63,249 nucleotides of DNA, filler included, from Reticulomyxa filosa (GCA_000512085.1; 18 parts of 18 records of this genome joined end to end with filler, not necessarily neighbours in it), one strand, 5' to 3'. Numbered from the whole stretch's first letter, positions 25,958-39,094 are shown. The notes: generated by a model from the letters alone, not told the origin. Numbers and translations: made by a program.

Positions 25958-28078
25958 ATGTCTCGTTCGTCTGATTCAAAAGAACGTCGCTGTAATTTGC
26001 CTTGGTGTGGCTTTTTGGTGTTGTTATGTTGGTTTTTATTGGTCGTTGCATGTGAGCATTGGCTGTTGCCGCAAGTGACGGAACAGTTGGAAAGTGGGCA
26101 AATGGAGGACAGCATGAATGCCTTGGTTTTGTCAAGAAGGGTATTGCCTACTATGACTCCACAACAGCATCGCGAAAAAATGACAAAAAAAAAAATCAAT
26201 CCGAAAGGGTCTCTCTGGAGCAGCAAGCACAATAAGCATAATGATCGCCAGAGTGCAAATTCATCGACAGAGCACTCTCCAAAGACAAAAAAGCATAGCA
26301 CAAATGAGTCATGGACGAACATAAATATAGCATTCTTTACAATGGATTGTTCAAGCTATCAAAGAGAGAATATGGAAAAGGGCAGAGTCGGTTTGGGAGA
26401 ATATCGAGTGAGACAATCACTAATGGAGTCATTAACAGAGCTTTCACCACCATTTGTTCACTTTACTTTTTATTGTATAACTCAATGTCAATGTGTAAAA
26501 TGGCTCACCGCCCATACAACTTATGAGATCGGCCACCATCTCAAATGCTCCTTATTGCCGACAGTGCTGCATTGGATATTCTTTGACGAGTATACGTTCA
26601 CATTGAGTCCAGCGGCTCTAAATAAATATGGAGACTCCAAAGTTTCACACCAGAGAATAGCCGATCCAAACACAAAGCCACGAAAAAAGAAACAAAATGT
26701 ACGTGCTGAAAAGAACAGTGCGTATGCGAATCTTCGCACACTGATACTTGACTTTATATTTCTAATTGAAAGTGACGATCCGACTCCAAACAAAAAGGAC
26801 ACAGCGTATGATTTACAATCGAGGTCTTTTTTGTTGGATTTTTTTGGTAATTTTATGGCAAAGAAAATGGCAATCAATACGTATAAACATGCACTCTACA
26901 ATGAGAGTGTACGTGAGTTTGCAAAATTTGGAGCCTTGACACAATACGTAGTCAGTCGACAATGGGACCAAAATAAGGGTGAGATTGTGCTTTCAAATGG
27001 CGAAGTGATGACAAAAAGCAAGGTTAATCGTTTGTATGAAGACATGATCCAACACGACGCGCTATTATTTCACGCCCAAAAAGCGGTTCAATTGTTAGGA
27101 ACAAAGCGACTGTTGAGTGCATTTCCAAACCGACATGGTCAAACAGCAACGTACTTAGGCTACGCATTACCGGACTCATTGCTGCGAGAAATTCCAATTG
27201 CATCCTCAGATATAATGATCGAAACACCGCAGATTGGAGTCATTTATGCCCATGAATGTCAATACTTGGCCAATCCCAATGTGCAATTTATGCTTGGCAA
27301 TGTATCCATGTATTGCAAACAGCATAACATTACCCTCATTAGCGTGTTGAATTTTACCGAGCTGTATTTTTCCACACATTGTCGTAAGCTGTTGCAACAT
27401 ACCAGTAATGACACTTTGAACCTTTTATGGAATACGGCCATCACTTTTGTGGGGTTTCAATCGGAACATTCCTGGTTCCAAATCTTGAAAAACTCTTCTT
27501 TTTTATTGGGATTAGGCAATCCATGCTTTGGTCCGAGCGTGTTTGAGGCTTTCGCTTTTGGCAATGTCTTCATCAATATTCTCTATGATGAACGCTATGG
27601 CACTCCAAATCGCTGTTTGGATATGTATGGAACAGGCTCCAATAAATTTCGGAGCCAGCATGACTATGCTCTGGAATTGGTCGAAAAGTATCAGAAGGAA
27701 GAATACATTTGCAACGTACACATATGGGATCATCACACTTTGATACGTCGATGCATTGAAAAACAAGCACGACACAAACCCCCTTCGTGGATTCCGTTTG
27801 AATTGACCAAAGCTGGTCACAATGAGAGAGTGCAACGTATATTCGCTGACTCTATTTTAAGGCTTCCACGTGTATCTACACATGTATTGCAAGAAAATCA
27901 CTTACACGATCGATATGGATACCATTGGGAAAAGACCTTTCCCAAAGATGAATTAACTAGAGCTCTAAACGGCACTTATCAAAAACAACTCGCTGCTATT
28001 GATAAAATAAACATTCAAATTTTGAACAAAAGAAGAGAAAAACCCAAACAAAAGGGTAGCGAGATATTGCAAACTTAA
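25958..28078 (+). CDS. MGAT5/GT18-like alpha-1,6-mannosylglycoprotein 6-beta-N-acetylglucosaminyltransferase, type II membrane protein
   Basis: N-terminal TM helix. ILKNSSFLLGLGNPCFGPSVFEAFAFGNVFIN and SQHDY correspond to the MGAT5 motifs FVGLGFPYEGPAPLEAIANG and SQHPY. Single 706-aa ORF. Confidence 0.75.
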   Translation: MSRSSDSKERRCNLPWCGFLVLLCWFLLVVACEHWLLPQVTEQLESGQMEDSMNALVLSRRVLPTMTPQQHREKMTKKKINPKGSLWSSKHNKHNDRQSANSSTEHSPKTKKHSTNESWTNINIAFFTMDCSSYQRENMEKGRVGLGEYRVRQSLMESLTELSPPFVHFTFYCITQCQCVKWLTAHTTYEIGHHLKCSLLPTVLHWIFFDEYTFTLSPAALNKYGDSKVSHQRIADPNTKPRKKKQNVRAEKNSAYANLRTLILDFIFLIESDDPTPNKKDTAYDLQSRSFLLDFFGNFMAKKMAINTYKHALYNESVREFAKFGALTQYVVSRQWDQNKGEIVLSNGEVMTKSKVNRLYEDMIQHDALLFHAQKAVQLLGTKRLLSAFPNRHGQTATYLGYALPDSLLREIPIASSDIMIETPQIGVIYAHECQYLANPNVQFMLGNVSMYCKQHNITLISVLNFTELYFSTHCRKLLQHTSNDTLNLLWNTAITFVGFQSEHSWFQILKNSSFLLGLGNPCFGPSVFEAFAFGNVFINILYDERYGTPNRCLDMYGTGSNKFRSQHDYALELVEKYQKEEYICNVHIWDHHTLIRRCIEKQARHKPPSWIPFELTKAGHNERVQRIFADSILRLPRVSTHVLQENHLHDRYGYHWEKTFPKDELTRALNGTYQKQLAAIDKINIQILNKRREKPKQKGSEILQT

Positions 28079-28384
28079 AAAAAAGATTCGAATTACAATT
28101 CTGTCTCTCAATCGTCTTATTTTTTAAATAATAAAATTTTTATGTTAAAGAATGTATACATTTTTCATCTTGAATTTTTACTTTTTTCATTATTTTGTGT
28201 ATTAACCTTTTGTGGTGTTTGTAAAAAAATTGTCTTTTTTTTTTGCAAATTAAAAAATTTCGATTATTTTTTCTGTCCCATTTTTAAAGAGATTTAATTA
28301 TAAAATCCTTAAAAAACAAGGAATTTTTCTCACGTGCAAACTTTGAAGTTCATTTAAGTGATATTAAAAAGAAACAAACGAAGC

Positions 28385-28767
28385 ATGTGTTATCAAGTTA
28401 CCTGCAGTAGTTGCGGTTTGACATCTTGGGACGGCTGTGGTGGACATATTGAATCCGCAATGAGCGGTGTTTCGTGGTCCGACCGTTGCAAGTGCAAATC
28501 AAGAGTAAGAATATTCGAAATGATATTTTTCCCTCAATAAACATAAAATTTTTTATGCTTCTATTTTGATTGACCTTTCCAAAAAAACAATTGAAGAAAA
28601 CGAACGTTTTTCAAGGTCATTGCGGTCAATGCCAAGCTTACATACAAGCAACATCACAGCAAAATTTGCAAAAAGTGTATTCCACCCACCAGCAGCAATC
28701 ACCAGAATGCAAATCAGACATGGTCATAGATAATGAACCTGCCGCAAGTTCTTGTTTAATTTTATAA
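28385..28767 (+). CDS. Small Cys/His-rich putative zinc-binding protein with CaaX (CLIL)
   Basis: MCYQVTCSSCGLTSWDGCGGH...RCKC; intron 28505-28596 (GTAAGA..GAAG) joins in frame to HCGQC...H...C...SSCLIL-stop. Confidence 0.75.
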
Positions 28768-29149
28768 AAAAATTATTAAATCAAGAACACCTGTTTAACT
28801 GGTCTTAAAACGTAGTACTTACTTGCTTTCGCAACTCAGTTTTCGAATTTTTTGACTAAAGTACTTTAAACCCAATTTAATAAGGATGATATTTTGCACA
28901 TTACTTTTTGATTAACCTCGGACCGTTTTTTTTGCAGAAAATATTATCACAGTGTTTAGGCCAATTCGAACATGCACAGTCTGCCACTAAAAAAAACATC
29001 CACAAGCGTCAGTTTGTAAAAGTGGCTATTTAAACTCTGTTCTAGTGTTAAATCATTTTCAAATTACAATTTGATATCTTGTTAAATTTGTCAATTGTTT
29101 GCAATTAATTAAAGAGTCGTTTTTCCTGAAAAGAAGAGGAAGAAAAAAC

Positions 29150-30841
29150 TTAGTTACGAGCGTAAATTTGAATAGGGGCTAAAATGATGGCAATAAAAGC
29201 AACAAAAATACTAAAAAACCACAAACAACAGTTGAAGGTGAAGGGTTTGGAAAGATACCCATAACGACGAATGGTGTTGATATGTGAACGGAGAATGAAG
29301 TCAGTATTTTGAATGGAGACCCCTTTTTCACTAGCGGAAGAAAGCAACAAAAAAGGTTGATTGGGAGAAGGAGAGAGATCTTGAAGAAAGTTGAAAGATG
29401 ATTTAATGGTTTGCAAATGATATAAATTCAGAGCATCTAAAATGCAAACCATTCCATTTTTATGAGCAGTGTAAAGGGTTTTGGTTTGATTGCAACAACG
29501 CATGCGAACGATTGGTGATCTTTATTTTTATTTTTTTAAAATTATTTGAAATTTCATTTACAAAGATAAAAACTGTACTTTTTTTTTATTTTTAAATTCT
29601 CAACTTTGTCACCGCACAATAGTTATTACAAACAAATTGGCGATGAGCATCATATTGATAAATGAAAGACTTTTGTGAAGGGAGAGGTCCAGAGTTGACT
29701 GCAAGTAGCAAATATTGTTGCGACTTGTTTGAAGGGCGGAAAAGGCTTTGTTTGGTCTGAGCAAAGGGATTGATAGAGTCCAGTTGTTTGTGATTGTTCC
29801 AAAAGCTATCCGACTCCAAAGTTACCCATGCACAGTCTCGGATCAACCAATTACCCCTCTCTTTTTTGGTCAGCGCTTTGACCTTTTCTTTGGTCAAATA
29901 GCCCAATTCCGCTTCCAATTGCTGTCTTTTGATGTTCCACACTTTACAAAAATGCTCATTGGCGCAGCTGGCGATATACGTCCCACAGTGAGAGAACAAC
30001 ACGTGGTCAATCTCGTCGTCATGCGTGACACATTCTGCCTTTTCCAATGTCAATTGCGTCGAAATGTAATCATACGAGTACAATTTCACCACACGGTCAG
30101 TGCCACCTGTCGCTATCAAACAACTGCTTATCGACGACGTCTTGTTGTCGTCACTTTCCAATTGGTTCGACGTACAAACATCAATTGTCACCAATTGACG
30201 GACATCCAAATCCTCCTCCTTATTGGTCGATTTTGTCTCACATTGCACATGCTTTAACACTTCAATTGGTGAGGGTAATCGAGATTTTGATGACCACTTT
30301 ACTTGTCATTATTATTATATATACATATATGTATATGTATATATTTATTTATTTATATGTGTCTGTTGTTTGGTAATCTGCTTAATCTTACCTCCCATTG
30401 ATATGAAAACGGTGGCTCGTTCTCTTCAAATGGACAATTCATTTCTAATATCACTAATTTTGTTCCGATGGCCGCGATCAGTTGGTATGGATAATGGGGA
30501 TGCTGCTTTATGGCGTATGTTATGTCTGATCCTGTTGCCAACCATGCATGTCTTCGGAAATTATACTTTACTTCTTTGTCATGTGATTTGTCCGTATGCC
30601 TTTTTTCTTCTGGATTTCCACTTTTTTCTCTTGGCTCGTCTGATACCAAACGAAGAACTTCTAAACCATTTGATACCCCCGATTTTGTCGGTCCTCCCCC
30701 CCCTGCTGCTAGGATCACGTCGTTCACACACCATTCCAGGCAAAACACTGGAAAGGCAATCCCCACTGGTGTTTTATCTTCCACTTCCTTCGCACCGTTG
30801 GCTTCTTGCAGATCGTTACTATACTGGACTTCAAGAGACAT
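29150..30841 (-). CDS. SEC12: Sec12/PREB, Sar1 GEF (WD40 propeller with C-terminal TM anchor)
   Basis: FPVF...ILAAGGGGPTKSGVSN K-loop motif, WD40 repeats and C-terminal TM. Introns 30297-30391 and 29520-29604. Confidence 0.85.
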
Positions 30842-31735
30842 TATGTTTAGCTTTTTTTCTGACAGGCTTAAACGTCTCCAAACACGGCCCTTTCAGTACT
30901 AGCTGTCAACTCAGGAACTTGTAGTAGATAGAAACAGACAGCCAAAGTTATTGCATGCAATTGAGCTAATAAAAAGTTTGTTTCGAGTTATTTAACGTTT
31001 TACATGAAAAAAATAGAACGATTTTTTTTTTTCTTTTTTTGTACACCGGCTCGTGCAAATGACAAAGCCTGAGCACAAAGATTCCGAAGCAAAAACACTT
31101 GGTGTATTGTATTCATTCGCCATGGTGGATCTGTGGTAAAAGCACATGTCGGGCTTACAAGAACCTTCAAGCAGCAATGGAACAGGGATTAAAAGAAAAC
31201 GCAACCTTGAAATGGTAAACAAACGGGTGCAAACATGAATTTGTTGTGTCTGCGTTTATTGCGGTTAGGCATCCCAATTAATTCAAAATATTGTTTCAAA
31301 GGTATTTGGAAACTGACAATGAACTGCATGCCATGGTTCATAAAAAAAATGAAAAGCTGTGCTTGTTGCTTTTCGAATAGGCTTTGATCCAATGTAAACG
31401 CTATTTTATTCCGAAAGTGCTCACACTGTTTTGTACAAAGGTTTTGTCGGTTAAACAACCATTTGTTTACTTTACTCTAAGCTGTTGGTACAACAAAAAA
31501 AGTTTTTGTGAGAATGATTCTTATTTTGTTGAATAAATCCAAACGCATAATACTTCTTTTTTCAAATATTTTCGCATTGCTCAGTTTGTTGTCAGCACTG
31601 TACTTGACAAAAGATTGTCATTTTTAAAAATTAACTTTATTGTGATCGGCACTGAAGCTTAAAAAAAGTAATGTACTGCTTTGTCTGCTTTTTGCATCTT
31701 TTCAATATTGTAATTTTGCGGAAAAAGATCGAAAC

Positions 31736-34700
31736 ATGACGTTTGTTGTTTTGCCTCAGCGGGGCCCTCGCATTGATAGGTGATTTGCCATTACGTCTAA
31801 TGGAAGCAGCGAAAAAAATGGTTGGCGGGAAAAAATCTCAATCCAAGCAAGTGGGTTCGAGGTAATGCTAGTATCATCAATACACGAAAAAAAATTCTAA
31901 AGACACTCTCAGCACCAAATGCACTTTGGTGCAATGTATAGTGAGCAAACGGTATTGGATAAAACTATATTGCAACTATAGATTGGAAGCATTTCAAATG
32001 ATCCTGGACCAAGCACACATCGACCTAAAAGCACTTCAAGACTTATGTTTTAACGGCATTCCAGAAGAAGACACAGCATTAAAAGCCAAATGTTGGAAGA
32101 TATTATTGGGATATTTGCCGTTGGAAAGAAGCCAATGGCAAGCACATTTGGAACAACAGAGAGCAATGTATTCGTTTTATATTAATTTACTTTTCCAAAC
32201 GCCTGATAATAATCGCATTCGTTAAATTTCAAATTTCATTACATTACACATATTTATATAAATAAATATATATATGTATACATATTTGTTAATTTCATCG
32301 ACAAATAATAAAAATAAACAACAGAGGAAAAAGAAAAAAAAGAAGAAATGAAAGTAAGCAGGATGACACGCGCGGCGACAGTGGACGAGAATGGAATGGA
32401 AAAAGAGGAAGAAAAGAGAGTAAAATGGAGTCAGTCGCAGCAAAGGTCGCATTCGCAAAAGCGATTGATCGGCGAGCAAGGTGATTCTCAATCGTCGTTG
32501 CGTCAAACGGGCGATCAAAAACAAAAACAAAAAGAAGAGCGATTGAAGCGTCAGAAGAAAGCGCAACAAAAGTTGAAGGCACTATTCAGCGACGATGATG
32601 ACAACGACAATGACGATTTGATCGTCCAATCCCATCTTTCGCATACACATAATCCGATACGTACCAACGCGTTGTGGGGCAGTGATCACAGTGACAATGA
32701 CAATCCTCTCCATTCGGTTAGTTTTTTGTTTTTTTTACTTTTGTTGTTGTCCAATGAACCAAAGAGGCACACACATGAAAAAACAAATAAATAAATATAC
32801 AATATATATACATATATTGTATATTTATTTATTTATTTATTTTTTGTTTATTGTGATTTAGAAAGAAAGTGAAAAGAAAGGAAACACGGAAATATATGAA
32901 TTGGTTATTGCAAAAGAAGAGAGACACGAAAAGGATGACAGCAATAGCGATGTGAACCGAGGGATAGTTGCTGAGACGTCACAGAATAACAATGGACGTC
33001 CGATGCACTTCGATGAAGATGCAGCGACGAATAAAAAGAAAGACGAAAAGAACACTGAACATGCCAATATCGATGTCAATGCAAAAGCAAATGAAACAAC
33101 AGAAAACAAACAGCTGTCATTTGAAAAATTGAACTCATGCACCGATCCATTGTCCACAAATCCGCAAAATCCGTGGCTTTCGTATTTCGAAGATTGGAAG
33201 ATTTGGAATACGATTGAAAAGGATATTCATCGTACCCATCAGTCCTTTGCGTTCTTTCGAAGTCGCGAAATGATCCACGAAAGATCCCTCAGCAAATCTT
33301 ATCGTTTCCCATTCGACTACGACGCAGTTGACCCCGATATTGTTGACAGCCGAACCGGATTGGCTCAAATGACTTCGCGTCTCCATATCAATCCTCGTCA
33401 TTCCAATGACGACGATGATAACAATGATAATGACAATGACAATGACAATGATGATAATGATAATGATAATAACAATCATCATAACAGTGATAATGGTGAT
33501 ATCAATGGTAATAACGACAATAATCAACATTATAATAATAACAATAAAAATGGTAATGAAAAGAACGACAATGTGTCTGATCAGCATGAGCACACGATCG
33601 TATCACCACCTTCTGAAATTTCTTCCCCTCCGTCTGCTGACAAATGTCAGAGTCAGGCTGTGGAACATAGTGATGTCGACCATGTTGTCGACAGCACTCC
33701 AAAAGGGTCGCACAAGTATTGAAAGTATTGGAACAACAACAACAAGTCGATATGAACTTCAAAGACAACGCCTCCTCTCTTAGCCCTTCTTTTTCCACGT
33801 GTTCGCCTTTGCATGCAGGTGTGATGAGTCCAGATGACGGTGCCAAAGCCAGTGTCAATGCAAGCGAAACGCAAGCAAAAGCAAAGCCAAACACGGCGGA
33901 CCCAACCACTAGTAGCAATGGCCATGAAGGCGTGCCAACGAGTGAAAAGAGAGACACTGTCAGCAATGACACGACAAGTCAGCCAACCTTGCATCTGAAG
34001 ACGACTGCAAAGAAGTCAAGCAAAAAAAAGAGCCGATCGTCGGCCAACATCAAAAAGTTTCGATACGAACGCTACACTTTGACTGGCAAAGATTTGGGCA
34101 TCCATGCCCAAATCATGATTCGAATCCTATGTGTCTATGCCCGATTAAACAAGGGGGTCAATTACATTCAAGGAATGAACGAAATTGTATACGTACATAT
34201 ATGTATACGTATATATGTATTTGTTTATTTTATAAATATGTGATGTTTTTTTTAAATAAATTTTAAAAAATACAAAGTTAGCACCAATATATTTTGTATT
34301 TGCATCGGATACATCAGACGAAGGCATATACGCGGAAGCAGATGCGTTTCATTGCTTTGGCAAAATGATGTCAAGTCTGAATGACCGCTTCACTGGGGGA
34401 GCAATCTGTTCGCAGTTTGGGATTACCACAGTTATGGACGAGTTCAATGACTTGTTGCATCTTGCAGATCCTTCTTTATATCTTGCACTCAACAACCAGT
34501 TTTTGTATCCGCAATTCTATGTTCTGAGATGGCTCATGCTTCTCATGGCCGTGGAGTTTCAACTGCCTGATGTTTTACGTTTGTGGGATGCATGTTAACT
34601 GTCTCAAAAATAACCCTTTTCCTCACCTTTTTTTTATACATACTGTTGAAATAGGTATACGTGTGTGTATGTATATGCATATGTATATAATGGTTTAGTT

Positions 34701-35022
34701 TTATCAGATCCAAATCGCTTTGATTTTGTTACATATTTTGCGGTGGCCATGATGCAGTTTTGTCAAATTTGCTTATTTTATATTTTGTGTTTGTTGTTGA
34801 ATGGAAATGACTGATCTTGTTTTTTTTGTGTTTGTGCGTGTGTGATAATAAAGAAATGTACGAGCTGAACTGATAGAAGGCAATTTTGGAGCAAATTTGC
34901 AGCTGCTCCAGTCTTATCCAATTGCAGATCCAATTGGACTTCTTAAACCTGCATTGGAGCTGCGCAATAAATTCCCAATACCGAGACGTAGAAAAACACA
35001 AAACCCTCTTGCAAGTCAATAA
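31736..35022 (+). CDS. TBC1D13: TBC-domain Rab GAP, TBC1D13-like, with large low-complexity insertions and a frame break near 33672-33720
   Basis: DLKALQDLCFNGIP..CWKILLGYLP, DPLS..W..YF.D..IEKDIHRT (Arg finger), YIQGMNEI (Gln finger), EADAF and LPDVLRLWD. Introns include 31780-31981, 32221-32324 and 34187-34277. Confidence 0.88.
33405..33560 (+). repeat. (AATGAT/AATGAC)n coding microsatellite (Asn/Asp)
   Basis: NDDDDNNDNDNDNDNDDNDNDNN in the TBC insertion. Confidence 0.9.
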
Positions 35023-36429
35023 ATCAAGTCCTCTCAACTCGTACCTAATATACACACAAAAGTGTTGGTAATTCGGATCACTGATCAAAACGATTTGGAC
35101 ACAAAAATTTGCTTTTTTGTGCTTATTCCAATAAAATCAAATACATTTTATTTTTATAGTTTCAGATCTTTGAATTTGTTGCTGTTCCTGGGCTTCTCGT
35201 TTCTTTAGCAATTTGAATATGTGACGACATTGGAGGTTTCATAAAAACATTATACAAAAACTTAAAGATCTTTGTATCTCATCATAAAAAATGTAAAGCA
35301 AAGCTACCACTTTTTTTCCAAATGTTCGATAAGAGGGAAAAATGTTGATATGATGCTCAAGAATTTTTGTCGAATATATTGTTACTTTTTGAATTTTATT
35401 GTCAATATTTTTGAAAACCTTTTGCAAAATTAAGTCAATTATTGTGATATTTATTTGTTTTATCGAATATAAATTTTATCAAATAATCAACAAAAATAAC
35501 ATGTTACAAGGTATGTTATTACTCATTTTGGCAACGTATTTGTTGCAATTCAATTTTGGGAGCGTATTTCGATGTTGGTTCAGCATAAATCAACGCCACC
35601 CACTTTGATGCAAACGCTTTTAAGAGAAAGAGTCTTTTATATAGCAAAATGCAAACAAGAAAGACGTTTAGCAAAACTTGATTAAAAAAAAAATATATAT
35701 ATATTATCATCATTAACGATCATCGTGAAAAATCGTCAAGATTATCTCGAGATTACTTCAAGTAAACTTAGAACAAGTAGATATATCGATATATATCAAA
35801 ATCGTCGAAAAGTCAAGTTGTTTCAACAAACAAGAATCATCAAGTCAAAGCCCGAAAATTTTTTTTTTACTAGTAAAATTAATTTTTATAGTGATTAAAA
35901 ATTTTTTTATAGGGTTGGATTTTTGTGATATTGTTAGTATTGTGGTTTTTAACCTTTTTCAACATTTAGCAACGTTTTTGTTGCAATTCATTTTGGGGGG
36001 CTATTGTCGTCGGTTCTGCATCTTGAGTGTTGTGTGACTGTGAGAGGTGGAAGTGCTTTAAAACATACTGCGTATATTGACATCAGTTGCTTTAAGTGTA
36101 CCGATGTGCAAGCTCCTGGTAATTGAGATGTAACTCCTTTACTGGCAACGGAAGGCTTGTGTGAGAGGGTATCGATCCTAGCTTAGCATTAAGGGTGTTC
36201 GACACCTTCCGGGAAATTGGCAATTTCGAGGCAAATAACTATCTTTTGTTTTTGCAGAACTCTGAGGATTGGGTAACTTCTACTGAACCTCGAGAAAAAC
36301 CGAAACTCACTNNNNNNNNNNNNNNNNNNNNNNNNNNNNNNNNNNNNNNNNNNNNTTAATTAATTAANNNNNNNNNNNNNNNNNNNNNNNNNNNNNNNNN
36401 NNNNNNNNNNNGGATGACGGGGGGGTGGG

Positions 36430-37462
36430 GGTGGGTAAATTACTCAGTAATGGAATCCACAAACCATTATATGAAATTATGCAGTGAGTCAACGATTGAA
36501 TTCCCTCCTCAAGTGGACAAAATCGAATGGAAAAACGACTTTGAAATCGAACACGAAAACGAAATAAGTGCGATCAAAAGGCTCAATACCAGTAGCAAAC
36601 CAACAGCACAAGCCGAATCAGTGAAAGATACATCAATAGAGAGACAAGAAGCAGTCTTCCAATTAATGGGATTGGGTTATGAACTTTCTTTGGTCGAACA
36701 TGCACTGGACCAAATTGCAGACACCTCTCCAAATAATGTATTGCTTGCAACCGAGTGGATCCTTAATAACATCAAGAAATGGGAATCTCAAAATTGTAAA
36801 CAAGATGAAGGAGAAAGTGCAATGCTCAAACAAGAAAGTTGGCTGAAAAAAAAATTCTATTTTGCGGAAACGCCGAAATTGGAGTTTTCCAAAGCAATTA
36901 TTCGATGCTTTTATCCTTGTCCGATTGTACGAAAAGATATCCAAGAATTTCCATCTCCGTCATTGTCCTCAGACTCGACTACGTTATCAAACGCATCAAG
37001 CGATACAGCCAGAGACACAAATCGACCAAAAAACAAGAATGAAGAGCGAATAAACGCATTGTTGCATAAATGGTATGCAAGTGATACAGATATCATTCAA
37101 CAAAGAAACAATTTGCGTCTGCGTCTTCATAAAGACACATGGAGTTGTTTGGCCGATTTGGAAATCCCATTGCTTGTTCAAAAACAAAATTTTCAAATAC
37201 CTCATTACCGGCAGTATCTCCCTTTATTCGATGATATCAAAGAGGAATTGATCATTGCCTTGTGCCGATTCTTTTATTTCTTGCCAGTCCAAAAGGATCC
37301 CAAAGATAAGAATACCAAATCTGCTAAAGAGTCGCAAGCGGAAGAGGAAAATTTGGATTACACATTTCAACCACTGACAAAGCCAGATCAATTGGAGCAA
37401 TGGTGCTTAGACGCTGTCAAAGTCATTAATGGAGTTTGTGCGACTATAAGAACTCTGCAACT
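36430..37462 (+). CDS. Internal exon of a large UBA-domain-containing protein
   Basis: AVFQLMGLGYELSLVEHALDQI...VLLATEWIL is a UBA consensus. Bounded by splice sites and gaps. Confidence 0.7.
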
Positions 37463-38348
37463 GGTAAGAACATACACATAATTTTTTTGTGAGATTTGTG
37501 GAAAGTTNNNNNNNNNNNNNNNNNNNNNNNNNNNNNNNNNNNNNNNNNNNNTTAATTAATTAANNNNNNNNNNNNNNNNNNNNNNNNNNNNNNNNNNNNN
37601 NNNNNNNTCAGTATGTCCAGTGAATGTATTAATTAATTTGGATGATGAGCAAAATGTGTCAAACATAAAGAGTGTAGTTGCCTGTGTTAACAGCGATGAT
37701 AAAAAATGACAAATATATTTGCTTATTTTTATTTAAATTAAATGAAAACCAAAAATAAAAAAAACCTAACATAATTGACAATCAGTTTATCGAAATCATA
37801 TATCCATCCAAATTTAATGTGTAATATTCGGATCCAATGCTGAATAATGATTTGGATTTCGTCTTTCTCTGCCTAATTGACCACAAGTCCACACAATAAA
37901 TAAAACAAAAATCCGAAGACAATCAACTTTTTATAAATTTGGAATAAAACTTACCACTACTAGTTGAGTTAAAGTTTGTTCAAGAGATGTCATTTTGCAA
38001 CTACTTTTTTTTTTGCTTGGATAGTCTTCAATGATGTAAAATGGAAAAGTTTAAGTTTTTTTTTCAAGTTCAATGAAGTGACTTCAAAAATAGATTTTTG
38101 CAATATCTGTGTTTTTTCTTAAAAAAAAAAATTAATTATAATTTTTTATATTATATCAAGAATAATAAATTATCCAGTCTATCTAATAATACAATGCTTA
38201 TGGTTAAAATGAAAATACAAATATTTTATTATAAAATTGTTAAGCCAGACAAAATTGAATTATGTGCGCAAACAGAAAAAAATTTATCATTATCCAATGA
38301 ACTAATTATTTTCAACGAAACAAACCAAAGCAAAGAAAAAAACATAAA

Positions 38349-38660
38349 ATGACAACCAGAAAGGAAACAAAGATTTGTTAAAACTAAAGTAGCTCCAGTT
38401 CTTTTTGGTCAACAATGCTTTGACAGAAATTAGATGTTGCAATTGAACACTCCAGAAAATATTTACACTGGACTATTCTAAACATAAAATTATCAAGTCC
38501 CTTTTTATCCTAGAGATTAAATTATCATTTGTCCTGCTTGATGTACTTCTTTCTTCTAAGAATATTGAAATCAATAATCAAAATAGATAGTAAAAAAAGT
38601 CCTAATGACGTCTGAGTAGTAAAACTTGTGCAATTCAATTGTTTATTCTTGTGTGTATTG
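38349..38660 (+). pseudogene. Decayed copy of the RING/TRAF-Zn family seen at 39095
   Basis: QCFDRN*MLQLNTPENI resembles GCYNKDWILLTNNQQKL; contains stops. Confidence 0.4.
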
Positions 38661-39094
38661 AAGATTTCACAACTGAATTACTGTTGACAATAATTGCTTA
38701 TTTTTGCAATTTTGTTAAAAACAATTAAAAAAGAAAAATTGAGTTATTTATTTTTAAATCTTCTCTTTGAAGAACATCTGAAACTCCAGATTCGAAAAAC
38801 AAACAAATGGCCGCTTGAAAGAACAAGCAACAGAGTTCAACTAACTATTCAAATCTTCGTTTCAACAAATTAATCTATTTGCAAATTACCCTTTTAAGAA
38901 AACTGAAATAGCAGAAATTTAAAATGCGCTTGTATTTGTTTTGTTATTTATGTTAAACAAATGTGATTTACAAACAAACATTTGATTATCATCTTTATTG
39001 TTATTCACAAGGTATTTCCAAAAAAAAAAAGCAAGGAATTAAATTTTTGATGTAGTTTTCATTTGCTTTCTTAGAAAATTAAAAATAAATAAAA

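Noticed and set aside
33135-33783. Ile/Val/Met-rich ORFs 33135-33593 (-) and 33406-33783 (+)
   Set aside because: Alternative-frame readings of the Asn/Asp microsatellite in the TBC gene
36000-36311. Possible snRNA/snoRNA gene
   Set aside because: No U1, U2, U4, U5, U6, U3 or SRP signature motifs recognised on either strand
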